Positions 27,121-39,974 of a stretch of 64,000 nt of DNA are shown here, in pieces. The translations under genes and the position numbers were made by a program. Positions within the stretch are counted from its first letter, which is position 1. The number at the start of each line of letters is the position of its first letter. The notes beneath the pieces were generated by a model. The model made no database searches, was not told the origin of the DNA, and saw only the letters and a list, made by a program, of their open reading frames with translations. Source of the stretch: Basidiobolus meristosporus CBS 931.73 (Eukaryota > Fungi > Basidiobolomycota); assembly GCA_002104905.1 (NCBI GenBank), contig MCFE01000177.1:78353-142352 (forward strand), in the 5' to 3' direction.

Positions 27121-28849
27121 ATTAATTGGTGAAAACTGCGGCTTTTGTCACATGCTTCTCTGTCTCTGGCTTGGGTAGACTTTCTTTCCTTTTCTTTACC
27201 TCTAACACTGTCAGGTCCTTCACTGCTACTTTGCCAATTGTCAAGTACTTTTCAAGCACGGATTTTGGCTTGGAAAGATTGGCCATACAAATTCACAAGG
27301 GCAACTCTTAGACCATGGACCTGGCCTATCAAAGATTAGGGCCGAACCTGTAGGCTCTGGTCAGTCCGGAACAGGCTCGCCTATGGATATTTGGTGCACT
27401 TAACGCGCTCACTCAACGCCTGGGAGAGCTAGGAACCATCTGTGATGGTGCAAAAGGGATGGCGGGTCAAGGGCAAAGTCTGTTCAATGTTCCAGGCGGG
27501 CATTTCGGGGATGGCTTATGCCTATCAGTGGAGACGAGTCACTTCTGGTCGCAAAAAACCTCTCATAACTCACCAGTCTCGAATTGACCTTTCCGTCCGA
27601 TCGTTCCACTTGAGGTTTGGGTTAATCTTACAGTCAGAACTACCGTTCTGAGGAGCACTCGCCCGGTGCAACCACATCCACCATGCATGAGATGGGCATG
27701 TAACCCCCAAGAGTGTAGCTGATTCGCCTACTCAGATGTGGAGAATAGACGACTTACAAGAGACGAGGTGGCCGCTAAATTCAACCGCCCAAGGGGATTC
27801 GAGGTGACTGGAGTTTATCGACAATGTGCAAGCGCCCAATGAGCATTTCAGGCTGCCAATTTATCCTTTGGTCGGCGTCATGGTGAAAATGCACGCGAAA
27901 TCATCCTAGCATCTATAAACCACTCCCCAGCGTATATTTAGCATTTTCCTGGGTAACGATCAATCACTCACCATTGCCATATCTGGGGGGTAGGAGTGGA
28001 TTGGCTCCAGCGTAGATCTCAGGAAAGTTTTCTACGGCAGCAGCCCACCACCAATGACCTGGAGCAAACGGCGTGACGGGAACACGCGCTAAGAGGATTC
28101 CAGCCACAGTGGTGACCACCCCTGGAATCAACGGCTCAACTGCTGGATTCTACAAAGTCGACTAGACAAGTAATATCAATGTGAAGTGCACGATAGACTG
28201 ACCGGTTGAAAATGGTCAGCCAGTTGCTTGGTATGGCATCGGGACGGATCATCCACGGCCAATTGCCCGCCACACTGGAAATTATTTTTAGACTTCAGGA
28301 GCCAACCCCATTCCGTTGCATGTGGTGTCCAGATTAAATTTAGGTTTTGGCTTTTGTGCCACTGACGGCGCATTAGCTGCAGCAGACACCGCGGTCAGTT
28401 AGTTGGTGGAATCAACCGGTCGAAAGACCTTGCGCATGCCAAATTTCTGGGCGGCAGGAGCTCCAACAAGCCCACGGCATCTGGGTTACAAGCGTACCTT
28501 CGGGTGGCGCCTGGTTTCCTCCAAGGTGGATTCATCCGCCGTATACGGGATTTCCCAGCGTGCCTATCTACCGGCGCTCACCTCGAATTGGGGAAGGTGG
28601 AAACCTTCCGAGCTGGATGTGTGCCCCGTACGCAGAGTTGTCTACGTTAGCGCCAGCACGCCTCGTGTCACCCTCGCATTACTCGAACTGTCAGCAATTA
28701 CCAATTGATCAATCGCCACTCCGGCATTTCCATGATCTCATAGGCACTGGTTCCCTAAACTGGGTAATCCTCTTCTCTCCCCATAAGAGGTCATCTTCTT
28801 TATAAACCACGGCCCTCCCCATCATCTCTATGGTAATTCACATTTGACA

Positions 28850-30166
28850 ATGAAATCAGCCCTTGCTTTACTCATCACCATGTTGGCTGCAGCATCCATT
28901 GAAGCTGTCCCCGAGCATGGCCGCTGTGGCTCCGGCCTGGGCTCCTGCGCACCCGGCTATTGCTGTAGTAAATGGGGCTACTGTGGCACCAGCACGATCT
29001 ATTGCACTGTAGGCTGTCAAAGCAGTTTCGGCCGTTGCGATGACTCCCAGGCGACAACCACCACCCAGGCTACCTCAACATCGACCCCTTTGAAGCAGCG
29101 CAATGAGCAGTGTGGTTCCGGATTCGGCGCCTGCGCACCAGGCTTGTGTTGCAGCGAATGGGGCTGGTGTGGTTACTCACCCGACCATTGTACCGGTGGA
29201 TGTCAAGCCCGGTTTGGCCAGTGTAGTCCCGACAAGCCTACAACCACCTCCACCTCCACCGTTAACCCAACCCCAGGAACACTGAGATATCTTGATCAGA
29301 AGTGTGGCTCCGGCGTGGGCTCTTGTGCGCCAGGCTTGTGCTGCAGTCAATGGGGATACTGTGGCTACACATCCGATCACTGTGCCACGGGTTGCCAAAA
29401 GGAGTTCGGTGGTTGCGACAAGAACAAGGAGGCTAAGGTTATTACCAAATGCACTGCTCCGGGAACTTTCGCCATCACCTTTGACGATGGGCCCAGTGTG
29501 TTGACCTCAGGGTTACTCGACTACCTGGATAGAGTGAATGTCAAGGCCACCTTCTTCGTTAACGGACACAACGAAAAGAACGCAGACACCGGAAACCCTA
29601 TCTTAAGCATCTACGACTTGGCCGACGTCGTCAAGCGTGCCTACAAATCCGGACATCAAATCTGCTCGCACACCTGGGCTCACACCGATCTCATCACGGT
29701 CAGTGAGTCGAGGGTTGTCTACGAAATGACCAAGCTAAACCACGCCTTCGCGAAGATCCTCAACAAGGTCCCTACCTGTATGAGACCCCCGTACGGCGAC
29801 ACTGATGGCCCGTCTCGCAAGATCCTCCAAAAGATGGGCTACATCGTTGTGAATTGGAATGTCGACCCTGTCGACTGGAACCCTGTGAATTCCATCGATG
29901 AGATGTACCAGGAGTACATAGACCAGACCAGCTCTGCCAACCCACGCTTTGGGAAATTCATCTCCCTGAACCATGACGTCTGGAATACCACGGCTGACTT
30001 CCGACCCGAGAATTATCCCAAAACCATCCCCCTCGCTCAGCGCGCCATCGAATACCTCCTGAGCAGAGGATGGAAATTGGTCAACCTTGCTGACTGTTTG
30101 AGAAGCGGGCCTCTCTACCGCGAGCCCAATCCCTCCGATGACAGTTGTGGGAAGGCATGTATTTAG
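28850..30166 (+). CDS. Secreted chitin deacetylase (CE4/NodB) with three N-terminal CBM18 (hevein-like) chitin-binding domains; intronless
   Basis: Signal peptide, three CG...C..G.CCS.WG.CG....C..GCQ..FG.C repeats with Thr-rich linkers, all five CE4 motifs (TFDDGP, HTWAH, RPPYG, DPVDW, LNHD). First ATG at 28850. Confidence 0.96.
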   Translation: MKSALALLITMLAAASIEAVPEHGRCGSGLGSCAPGYCCSKWGYCGTSTIYCTVGCQSSFGRCDDSQATTTTQATSTSTPLKQRNEQCGSGFGACAPGLCCSEWGWCGYSPDHCTGGCQARFGQCSPDKPTTTSTSTVNPTPGTLRYLDQKCGSGVGSCAPGLCCSQWGYCGYTSDHCATGCQKEFGGCDKNKEAKVITKCTAPGTFAITFDDGPSVLTSGLLDYLDRVNVKATFFVNGHNEKNADTGNPILSIYDLADVVKRAYKSGHQICSHTWAHTDLITVSESRVVYEMTKLNHAFAKILNKVPTCMRPPYGDTDGPSRKILQKMGYIVVNWNVDPVDWNPVNSIDEMYQEYIDQTSSANPRFGKFISLNHDVWNTTADFRPENYPKTIPLAQRAIEYLLSRGWKLVNLADCLRSGPLYREPNPSDDSCGKACI

Positions 30167-32555
30167 AGGGCTTGATTGGCATTGATTAACTGGTTGAAAT
30201 AAACGGCCTATTCTTACGGTCCTGGACAGAAGACCTACACTTAGACCCAGGTATTTGATTGGCTGGTGGCTTGAATTGGGAATGGGCTACTATCGTCCGT
30301 CCCCTGTTTGGCGAACCTATGTATAGATGGTTGATGGGAATTGATCGAGCAGTCTGCCAATTCATCCTTGAAAAATAGCCGCGGTCGAAGCTTGGTAACC
30401 AATTGATTTCTTGCATCCGCGATGCTTCTTTGGGTTGGTGTGATATCGGTCGCGCAGCAAGATGATGAATCGTTGAGAACGCTCTATCCGGGTCGCAATA
30501 CCAAGGCCACTTGCACTTGGTAATCAAGGCACTTGTTTTCTTGAATGGAATGGAATCCCATATGATGAAATCCCGATCCAAGTGGCTTAGAAGCTAGTAC
30601 CAGCGGACTACGTGGACTGTACGTACTGACGGTGTAGATCAGTGAAAATCCCACGAAAGCAGCGGTCTCTGAGTATTCATCATGGCCACACCTATTGATG
30701 TATATTAGAAGTTATATGACCTAATCTCATACCTGGCCAGTAGGTTGGAAACTCATTTGGCAAGAGATTTTCCCTCAAGACGTCGCGAGTAGATGGAAAC
30801 CCCCCACGCTCTGCACGCATCTTTCCACCATAAATCCCGATTTCATCGGCCAGGGTTCGAACATCGTTCCTTTATGTTGGCTCAATAGCCCAGCGGGGGA
30901 AAATCCCCCCAATCGCTTCAGGTAAAAATCATGCTTTTTCGATGTTTCCCGATCACACCCAGGTTCCCACCATTTCCGTTTGGTTTACGTATTGTGTTGG
31001 TGAGTAGTAGCTACTACGCAATAGTATTCAAGGTGTATAGCCAGAATAGGTCGATCAAGCGGGTAGTGGTGGCTGCTTTCACTTGAGCATACTCTGGTTG
31101 GCTTTTTGTAGATCTTCGTGGAATGATTACATGGTTTATCACGTACCGACACCTTTCCCATACGGATGCTGCCGAATCGATTATAGGTCAACGGGGATTT
31201 TCATGAAGATACAGCTGTCAGATATGCTGGTCAGTTTGGTCTCTTGAATGGTGCCAGATAGAGTGGCTCTTAGATATCGGATACACATCTCGAGGTGGCC
31301 CAATCATGGATTGGTGTGTTCCAACTGTTACGGACCTACAACGATGAAAGCGAGCCTCTGAGTCTATTTGTGGAGGTCATGTCGTGCCGGTCATCAGAGG
31401 AGACTTTACTACTGGATTGAGCCATGCTGTGTTAGCCCTCATCTTCAATGGTTGTGCTGAGAAAGAGTAAACACTCAGTGCTATTTGGTGTGATGGTATC
31501 TGGGCCGATTTGAAACCTCTAGCATAACCACCCTATGCCTGGGAATCCACTGATTCCTCGACCTTCTTCTAGGTGGGGTGACAACTGTGGAAAGGAGAAT
31601 ACTTCTGTAGGAGCACACATTGCATACGCCCTGATCGCTCGTCACCACCGATATATGGAAGAGACCGACTGTCGTACTTCTGATGGCGGTCAGAATCTCC
31701 AAGCCTCGTCCACGTAATAAAGCTGGAATAGGCTGGCCTCAGTAGGGGGATGACCAGTATTATGTAGCTTTTGAATGATGGCCCGAGAGAAAATAGGCTA
31801 GACAACTTGGCGGCCATCGGCAATGCGTGTCCATAGCTCGAAATCGGCATGTCCATGTCACAGTTACCCTTCAGCAGCAATCCCTGCTGGGTTGAGTATA
31901 TATCATCCACGACAATCACCTGAGGAGATGGATGTCCTAATCCAGCGAGGCGGTCGGTCAGAGAGGCACCCCCGCCTCCCAAAAGGCGCACCCCAGACTG
32001 GTTCGGTTGGTATATTTCAAGCCCAGCGCATCTAAGTTAAAAATATCCCGTAGCCGGGGTTGGAGATACCCACCATTCGACAGCATTGGTCGCGAGGGAT
32101 GGGAGTTTCTCGAATATCGCGAGCTGATTGGTGTGCTCTAGCAGTCCGAAGTTGGTGTAAAGAGCCAATTGCATGAGGAGGAAGTCGCGCGGGCTCAATG
32201 GAATTGGGGATACACAAGAGCGATCAGTCGAATCGTCATCTCATCCGTAGAGGGGTACATTCCCATGCTCACAGTAACCTACGTGGAACAGACCCGTGAC
32301 GTCTGAACCCTCTGAATCGGCCGTCATTTTCTGATACCACGAATGTTCCTTTAGAGGTTCCCGGCAGGAGATTGGGGGCGGACGAGCTGACGAACGACCA
32401 GCTCGTGGAAACTGCCAGCGAAAGGGCTATTTTTAAGCGAGGTCGGCATGAAGGGGAGCGTTACCCGAAGATTGCGGCCTCGTACTGGGAGAGCTATAAA
32501 TGAAGCCAGGTGTCCACATTACTTCCGCCAACCAACCCCCCCCCCCCACTTTGAA

Positions 32556-33352
32556 ATGATCCTCCAATCCATTCTAGCCATCTTTTCGATCGGCCTGTAC
32601 CCGTTGTTCGCACACGCAGACCTCTATATCACCAGCCCGGTGAACTCCACCTGGTCGGTGAATTCCGAGCACTATATCTCCTGGTACGTCAAATAAATCA
32701 CCCCTCGCCATTCGACCCGGGCTAATCAAGTGTCTTAGGTTCGCCAGTGGGAATCAGTCCCATACCAACACATCGCTGACCCTGATGAACGGCCCACAGC
32801 TCAATCTTTTCCCCATCCTGGAGATTTCCCCGGCAGTCTCGGTCTCCACTGGCAAGTTCCTATGGAAGGTTCCCGGGGACTTGGCCATGAGCGACACGTA
32901 TGTCATCCGGGCGGGAAGCGGGGACCAGGCGTCCTACAGCACGTACTTCACCATTCAGTCCCAGCAAGCCCCCGACAACAGCTCACTCATTCTGACCAGC
33001 CCATCGGGCGGTGCATGGGCCCGAAATACCGATCGCAACATCACATGGTGGGGAATATCGCTGAACACATCTCCGATGTACGACTTACTAACCAGTGACT
33101 TCCTCTTCCTCGTTCCCACTCATTAGGAACACACGCGAAGGCGCGCAACTGCCGCCCGTGATCAAGCTGGATTTGATGTCAGGAGATCCGACCAACCTGA
33201 CCATCGCCAAACCCATCGCAGATCAGGTCAACACTACCGCTTTGTGGTTTCCATGGACGGTGCCTACCGACGTGGTGCCTGGGAACTATGTTGTCATGGC
33301 CACGGCCAATCAGACGGCCTCGTATAGTTCGTACTTCCAGATCACCGAGTAA
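32556..33352 (+). CDS. Small secreted protein with two tandem Kre9/KNH1-N-like (Ser-Thr-rich GPI-anchored family) domains; exons 32556-32683, 32739-33047, 33127-33352
   Basis: Signal peptide MILQSILAIFSIGLYPLFAHA. Repeated ITSP...W....ITW / L.LM.G / W.VP..YV / SYS.YF.I pattern. GT-AG introns 32684-32738 and 33048-33126 restore one frame. Confidence 0.8.
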
Positions 33353-33734
33353 AGACACCAACACCCCCTCTACCGATCAATCCATTCCAAATAAACAACC
33401 ATGATTCAACCCCACCATGTCCAAGTATCGACTGGTTGCATAGCCACCATCCCTCGAAATTGTCATGCAAACCCCATGATTACCTTGGGTGTCGATGCAT
33501 TCCGTACCCACCCTTTGTACCACTGTTGCAACCGTTGCACGAATGGTGAGTACACTCAGGGTCCGTGGGCCTCTGGCAATCAGGGCGCCACTTCGACCCC
33601 GTCATTTCACTTCAACTGGTCCCACCCAAACGTACAGCTTGGGGGAAAAGCACACCAACGCGCACATGACATCAAACTCATTATTTATTACATTTTGCAA
33701 GGTGAATCCGGCGAACCCTCTAATCGACTCCATC

Positions 33735-36004
33735 TTAGATCCCTCTTTCCACGAATGACTGCAGGATACCTTCGACAGTGGCTGGGTACTCTCTGAGCTC
33801 GACCGAGTCGCCGACTAGCACCGTGTTGGCCTGGACGAACAGCTTACGGGGCTGCTTGTGAGAGATGACGATGTCACGGAGGGACTTCCACTCGTCGGGG
33901 ACCCGGGTCATCTCAGCATACAACGCGGAGCCGGCCTCGAAGTCGGCCGTAGCCTTGTAGATCTGGAGCTTCTGGAGGAATGCGTGCATCGCCGGCATTC
34001 CCACCGAGTGAATCTTGCTGCGATCCAGGGTGATCACGGCGTCGGTATTGTCTGCGTTGCGCTCGATCTTCACGAAGTCCTCCCCAGCCTCGAGGAGCAC
34101 GCGCATGATGGCGTATCGGGCCATCATGTGGGCTTGGCCCCATTTCTTCGCGGTAGGATCGTAGAACTCCAAGCCGAGTAGACCGGCACGGGCCATGGAC
34201 AACCATCCGATGTACATGATGTCGTCGGCAAGTCCGACGTCGTGGCTAGAGTCGGTGTGGCCGAACACCTCAAGCGCCTCCTTGTCGGTGGAAAGGAAGA
34301 GGGCGACCGATTCGGCACGGCACTCCTCGTATGACGAGGAGATGTTTTTGAACACGGATCCCCATGTTTGGCCTGGCTTGTACCAACTGGTGATGGGCTT
34401 CTTGGTGACCGGGGACACAGGAGGATTGCTCTGATCGAAGTTGAATTTCCCAGGCTCCTGCTCGGCGAGCAACTTGCCGGAGCCGTGGCCGAGCAACTCG
34501 TGGAGACCCACTTGAACCTCGAACGCGGGGCCCTTAAGTTTCTCGAAGAGGGCACGGTCTTGTTCGTTCAAGAATGGGTACTTCTCGCTAGGGGCCTTGG
34601 CGTTCAGGATGTTACCAAGACTAACATTCTTGAAGCCATAGGTCTGTCGGATGTCGTCATAGTTGGGGATGTTGATGCCTAAATCACCCCGGAGACTATT
34701 AATATCTCCAAACATGCGAGGCGGATTAGTGGCCACTTACCGGCAGGAATGCCCCCGGTGGCAAAGGACATCACCTCCAAGGATGTGAAATCAGGCTTGT
34801 TGAACTTGTCCTTCTCGAACTCGACTCCCCTGGGAACAGAAACGGTACTCAGTCAGCGGAGAGGGGTTGGGGAGAGATGGACGGCAGACACTTACCAAGG
34901 CAACTTCGAGATGAATTTCTCGGCGTTGTCGACGAGGACACCGAATTTCTTGGTGCGATCCTTATTCACCATAGCAACGAAGCCTTCCCACTCGGCACGG
35001 ATACCAGCGGGGTCGCGATAGGTCTCGATGAAGCCAATGTTAGACTCCACGGTAGGCCCGATGTCCTTGATCCAGAACTTCTGGGACTCCTTGTGTGCCT
35101 CAATGGAGCCAGTGGTGAAGCTCTCTGCGTACTTCTCCAACATCTGGCGCTGGTTGTCGTTGGCAGCATACTTGATAGCGGCCTGGATTTCGTCGGCGAC
35201 CTTACGCATGGTCTCGTGGTAATCACCGTAGGTGATCTTCACGGACTTGCCCTCGGGAGTCTTGTGGACTTGGGGCTCCTTTTGCTGCGCGGAGGCGATC
35301 CTCACCTCAAACTCTGAGTCGGAAATCTTGAACAATCTACAAAGCCGCGGTTAGCACGGTATTCAGAATGCCCTCCTCCATCCCCAACCAAAGGCCTACC
35401 TGGTGTTGAGAGAGTCCACATCGATGGACTCAAGGTATCTCTGCACCTCCAGAATGTCCTTCTTCGCCACATTCTCCGAGTAGTAGTTCGACACGTGTCC
35501 GTCGTCCACGTATCCAAGTAAGTTCTTCGACTCGGGGGTGACGGAGTAGATGTTCTGTCGGACGGCCTCGAACAGCTCAGTCACCTTCTGGTTGGCCTTG
35601 GCTTTCACAATGGCCTCCAGGTCAGCTTCGGAGACGCGAGGGATAAATTTGGTGTCGCCAAAGGATTTGTAGTTGGCCAGGTTGGAGAGGAATTGGCCCG
35701 CGTACTGAAGCCAGTGCTGGAAGGCCTCCTCACCGACTCCACTGGCAGCACGCAACTTCTCCAAATCCACCAGCTTTCCAGTGCTCTCTTCCTTGAACAA
35801 GGACACGATGAAGTCGAAGATCGTCTCGCTCTCCTTGGTTGTCTGGTTAAGCAACGCACGAGCGCCGTACCAACTGGCTCTGCTGATGTGGTGGGCATAG
35901 TGCTTCTCTTGTTCGTTCAAAAGCTCAAAGTGAGGGCGAATCTCCAGCTGGCAGACTGGGGCGTTTAGGTCAGCGTAGTATTGAGATTCCTTACTTGTGG
36001 TCAT
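33735..36004 (-). CDS. DPP3: Dipeptidyl peptidase III (M49 zinc metallopeptidase); exons 36004-35400, 35336-34896, 34829-34741, 34678-33735 (692 aa)
   Basis: HELLGH and EECRAE zinc motifs, GFIETYRDP, GINIPNYDDIRQ..GFKNVSLGN. Three GT-AG introns join to a 2079-nt frame. Confidence 0.97.
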
Positions 36005-39000
36005 GTTGGGTGGAGACAAAGGGAGGTTGTAAGTGGCTCAGTTGCGAAGACACTCGCTTATATCCAGGCCCATGACGAAATCTCTTACGAATGATGAAAC
36101 CTAACTGTGCTACACTAATCAATGTTGGAAGACGAGGTTCTATTGGCCAAAAATGGCAAGCCTCGATTGTTCGCATCGCTTCGTAGGTTGGATTGAATGC
36201 TGAGGAGCCCGCAACCCAACCCTGGGGTTGGTGAAGATGGCTCCATTGATTCCAAATTCCCATGCATCCTTCGCATCCTACCAACATGGTAATACCATTG
36301 GCCAAAAATAGCGTTTTTTCGCGCTTGGTTTAGCTCCAATCATCGAGATCAGCTTCAGCAAAGGCCCGTTCTGGGATTAGCTTACGGAATTGTCTAATCA
36401 TTTCTCCCATGTTTTGATCGCAATACCTGTCAATTCGAGGGGCATTTGTGAGGACTATCCCCTGATTCCTGGCGACAGACATAGTCATCTGGAAAGTGCA
36501 ATTATCGTCGGTTTCACCTCATTTGATCTAGTTTATGCGTGCTACCGTGATGCTGAACCTAACAATACCAAACTTGACTTGATTCGCACTTTGACATTTG
36601 ATATTGACGCTGTAACAATTGCACCACCTTTGTCTCGCTAAATGAAGTCCAGTGGGTTGCTGATGATGGTGCACACTCGGTTGAATTGATTATCCTTGCG
36701 CCCAAGCAGCCTACTGATGTAAAGGGTATTATTCAGATGACCTTCTCCAGAAGAAGCAGAGGAAGCGTGAAAATGGGTGTCTTCATAATCATTGCTGTGA
36801 TACTACGCTGACTACGAAGCTCCTAGCCAAGAATGTGATTCTCATCGATCATCGGATGGCTCCACGCTAGCTGCCATAGGGTTGGATGCTGGTCGGGTTA
36901 GCAGTTCAACGCGCCCAGCTACATGGCACCTACTTGGGTCTAGTTGGTTGCTTATGACTGGGCAGGTGATCAACTACGCTTTCACTGGTATTTTGACTGG
37001 GAAGATTTCGACAACTGTATCCAAAGATGGAGTTTTTGGGATTCTTCGGGAAACCGTTTCAATGCTTATTCTTATTTCCGAAAAGTTATGCGGAGTATGG
37101 AATGTCACCAATTCTCCACCATTCTTTAGAGTAGCACAGGTGGAGACTGTTCAGTGCTGTGGAATATGGCATAAGAAGTAACGGCTGCGTGACACGGCGG
37201 CTAAATGATTTTCCGCTGAAGATAGGTCAAAGCGAAAAAGGTGTTCTTTGGTTGCTGAAATCAATTACATAATTAACAATATTAGTAATAGACTCTAGGT
37301 ATGTTATTAATGCTCTGTGCTTATATCTGGCCAATTAGCAAAAATCACCCGGATTTTAATCACGCTATATATTTTCTTACGTAATGGATTATCTGCAATA
37401 TACAATTGGTAATATCTCAAATATGCTCCAGGGTTTTCAAATATTGGATAGTTTCTTCACATTGCATGCCCTCTATATGTGCTACAGTTAGTTGATTCAA
37501 CTTCAGGATTCCTCATTTCATCCAAACTTCTACTTGGCCAAGTCATGGATATTACCAACTATAATACAAGAACTTATCCATAAAATGCTTACTTGTGCAG
37601 ATTATTTAATTATGTAGGTGTAATCCCAGAGAGGATATACTTCTACTACAACATGATAGGCATTTGAGGCTGCAACAGATGCTTGCATGGCATTGAGTTG
37701 TGGAAATCTAGTGATTGTACTTCTATACTATTATCACTTATGTTGGTTAGTTTGTAGCTCATGCACATACCATTTGCAGCTTATATTCATTGTTGGAAAT
37801 AGCTTAGATTAGCAGCAATGATGCTCAATAGGTGATGCATATCAGATATTTAGAAATTATCCAACAATTATTGCAAATTTCTCAAATATACTTGAATGCT
37901 CACCAAACACCATCATTAAGACTTTGTCTTACTAATCTTAGATACTTCATATGACATCTTTTGTTGGAATTAATTTTAGATATATCAGTAGTATAGTTAG
38001 CACCTTGATGTGGGCACTCTCAAAGTGGCCCATGAAGCCCTAAGCTATGTATATATATTCTTGTGGCCTTCTGGGTATATTCCGCATGCTTGTATTGCCA
38101 AGAGCAGTTATACCACATTTATTTTGAGTATATCATCAAATGAAAACCTCAGAGTGTACTTGTTCTCCATATCACACTTAATTCCTCCAAAATTTTGCCC
38201 CTAGCTATGAGCATTGAGCTGTGACTTCCTACATTGCCTATTACTGCTTCAACTGGTATACTTCCAACTACTCAAAAGCTGGCTATATATTCCTATGAGA
38301 AATTATTGTGATGGTCCCTTCAAGGGGACATCTCAAAGCTCAATTCCCATGACTCAGAGTTATTGATGGTGCAGGTCATTGTGCAAGAGCTGCTGAAACA
38401 AGAATTGCACCTCAGATTTCACTAAAAACATGGTATAAAATTTTCATCACAACAATTCCTAAGTTGCAATTAATTGGTTCTCTTTCATTTCTCTCACATA
38501 CTAATCCTGGACACTGATTCACCTACAATTGTGTACATTGAATGACTATTGCCTCTGTCTCACACTACTACTTTCCACATCAGCTGGTACTATTACTTTT
38601 CATGCAAAGAAATTAGTAAAATTCTGTGAATCTTCCATTTTAACTAAATTGTAAATTGTGCTGACCTTTTAAGTCCCTATACCCAACACTACTTTTAAGC
38701 CCAATCTCACACTCAATTATTGGCTCCATTGAAAGTTTCTGTTCAACATGTGTTTCTGCTGCAACATTGTTGCCCATGGCTTTGGCATGAACTCTGTATA
38801 TGTAAGCCATTATTTGTTCACTGGTTCCCATATATGATATGCTTTAGCTGGCACTGCAAGATCTATCACTTCATATGCTGGTTAGTGTAATAAATGCTTG
38901 CAATACTCAAGTGTGTTTTCTTTTGCACTGCTGTTGAAGAAGCACTGCAACCAATAGGTGATCCTATTGATGCTCCACAATTCCACTGTAGGAACTGTAA

Positions 39001-39048
39001 TTGTTCCCAATTTCTTGACATTATTGCTTTGCCAGTCAGTGAGATCTC

Positions 39049-39420
39049 TGTTGTAAAATAGATAATTCTACTTGAATATTTGCTTAACTTAGTCACTTAG
39101 ATCATTATGTGAAAATCTTAGTGAATACTGACAAAATTCCTTGTTAGGACTTACATGGAATATTTTCACCAAATATCAGGTACCCAGAACACAAAAATTT
39201 GATAAGTTGGCCAGTTAGCCCCAAGCTTTGCACACATGTTATTGGGATATTCCTCAATCTATTTTACATGTTTGTTGTGCCAAAATTATGAAAAAGTACA
39301 AGTACCACTTTTATATTCAATAAATCATCAAGTGAACACCACAAAATCTACTAGTTCTCCCAATCATTGCTAATATCTCCAAGACTCTTACAACAGGCTA
39401 TAATCCCCAAGCTGTCACTC
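39049..39420 (+). mobile_element. Copia-B 5' LTR (39049-39395) with decayed PBS, truncated before gag
   Basis: TGTTGTAAAA...CTTACAACA followed by GGCTATAATCCCC-AAGCTGTCACTC. Confidence 0.8.
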
Positions 39421-39974
39421 AATAATGGAGGCTTTGAGTACTTACTTCAACTTCCTGCCTACTTCATATTGGGATGCAATCTACCATGTGCATGGTACAT
39501 ATGGACAACCATCATGCAGCTGGCAACATATAACCCAGAGACTATCCTGATACCTGCATGTGTTAATAGTTGCCTGGCATGCATATCCAAAAGTGCTACA
39601 CATGGAAGGTATCCTACTTATTAGGAGCCCACTTCCTCAGAGGAAAAAATTTTTCACATTCTGGTTGGATTCCAAGGATACCCCATCTAAAGAAGCTGAT
39701 GCAGTCCAACTAATATTGTGAAGCTATAAAAAAATGTACTCATCATCAATCAGACCCAAACATTTTGCTCAACAATAAAGCAAGGGCTATTTTGAAGGTT
39801 TGTGTTGCCATGCCTTGCCTTGGTACTGATGGTATCTCATTTACCAAGTACTCTGCTGGCAAATCTTGTTGGCCACTGATCCTCATCAACCCAAATCTGC
39901 TGCCAGTCTCACAGTATCAGAGCAGAAGTGCAATAGTAGTCTCACTGATATCTGTTCCTAAGTCACCTTCTATG
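39421..39974 (+). pseudogene. Second CACTA/Tnp2 transposase fragment, homologous to 8075-9350
   Basis: LGTDGISF...KSCWPLILINPNLLP matches Transposase_21 L.TDG..F...S.WP..L.N.NLPP. Nucleotide similarity to 8080-8370 plus 9105-9350. Confidence 0.75.

Noticed and set aside
33858-35968. Numerous overlapping and antisense ORFs
   Set aside because: Shadow frames of the GC-rich DPP3 coding sequence.
36390-37200. Possible gene upstream of DPP3
   Set aside because: Only short ORFs with no recognisable motif or consistent splice pattern.
37400-39040. Possible further CACTA relic
   Set aside because: AT-rich and CpG-poor, but no diagnostic Tnp2 motif could be read confidently.
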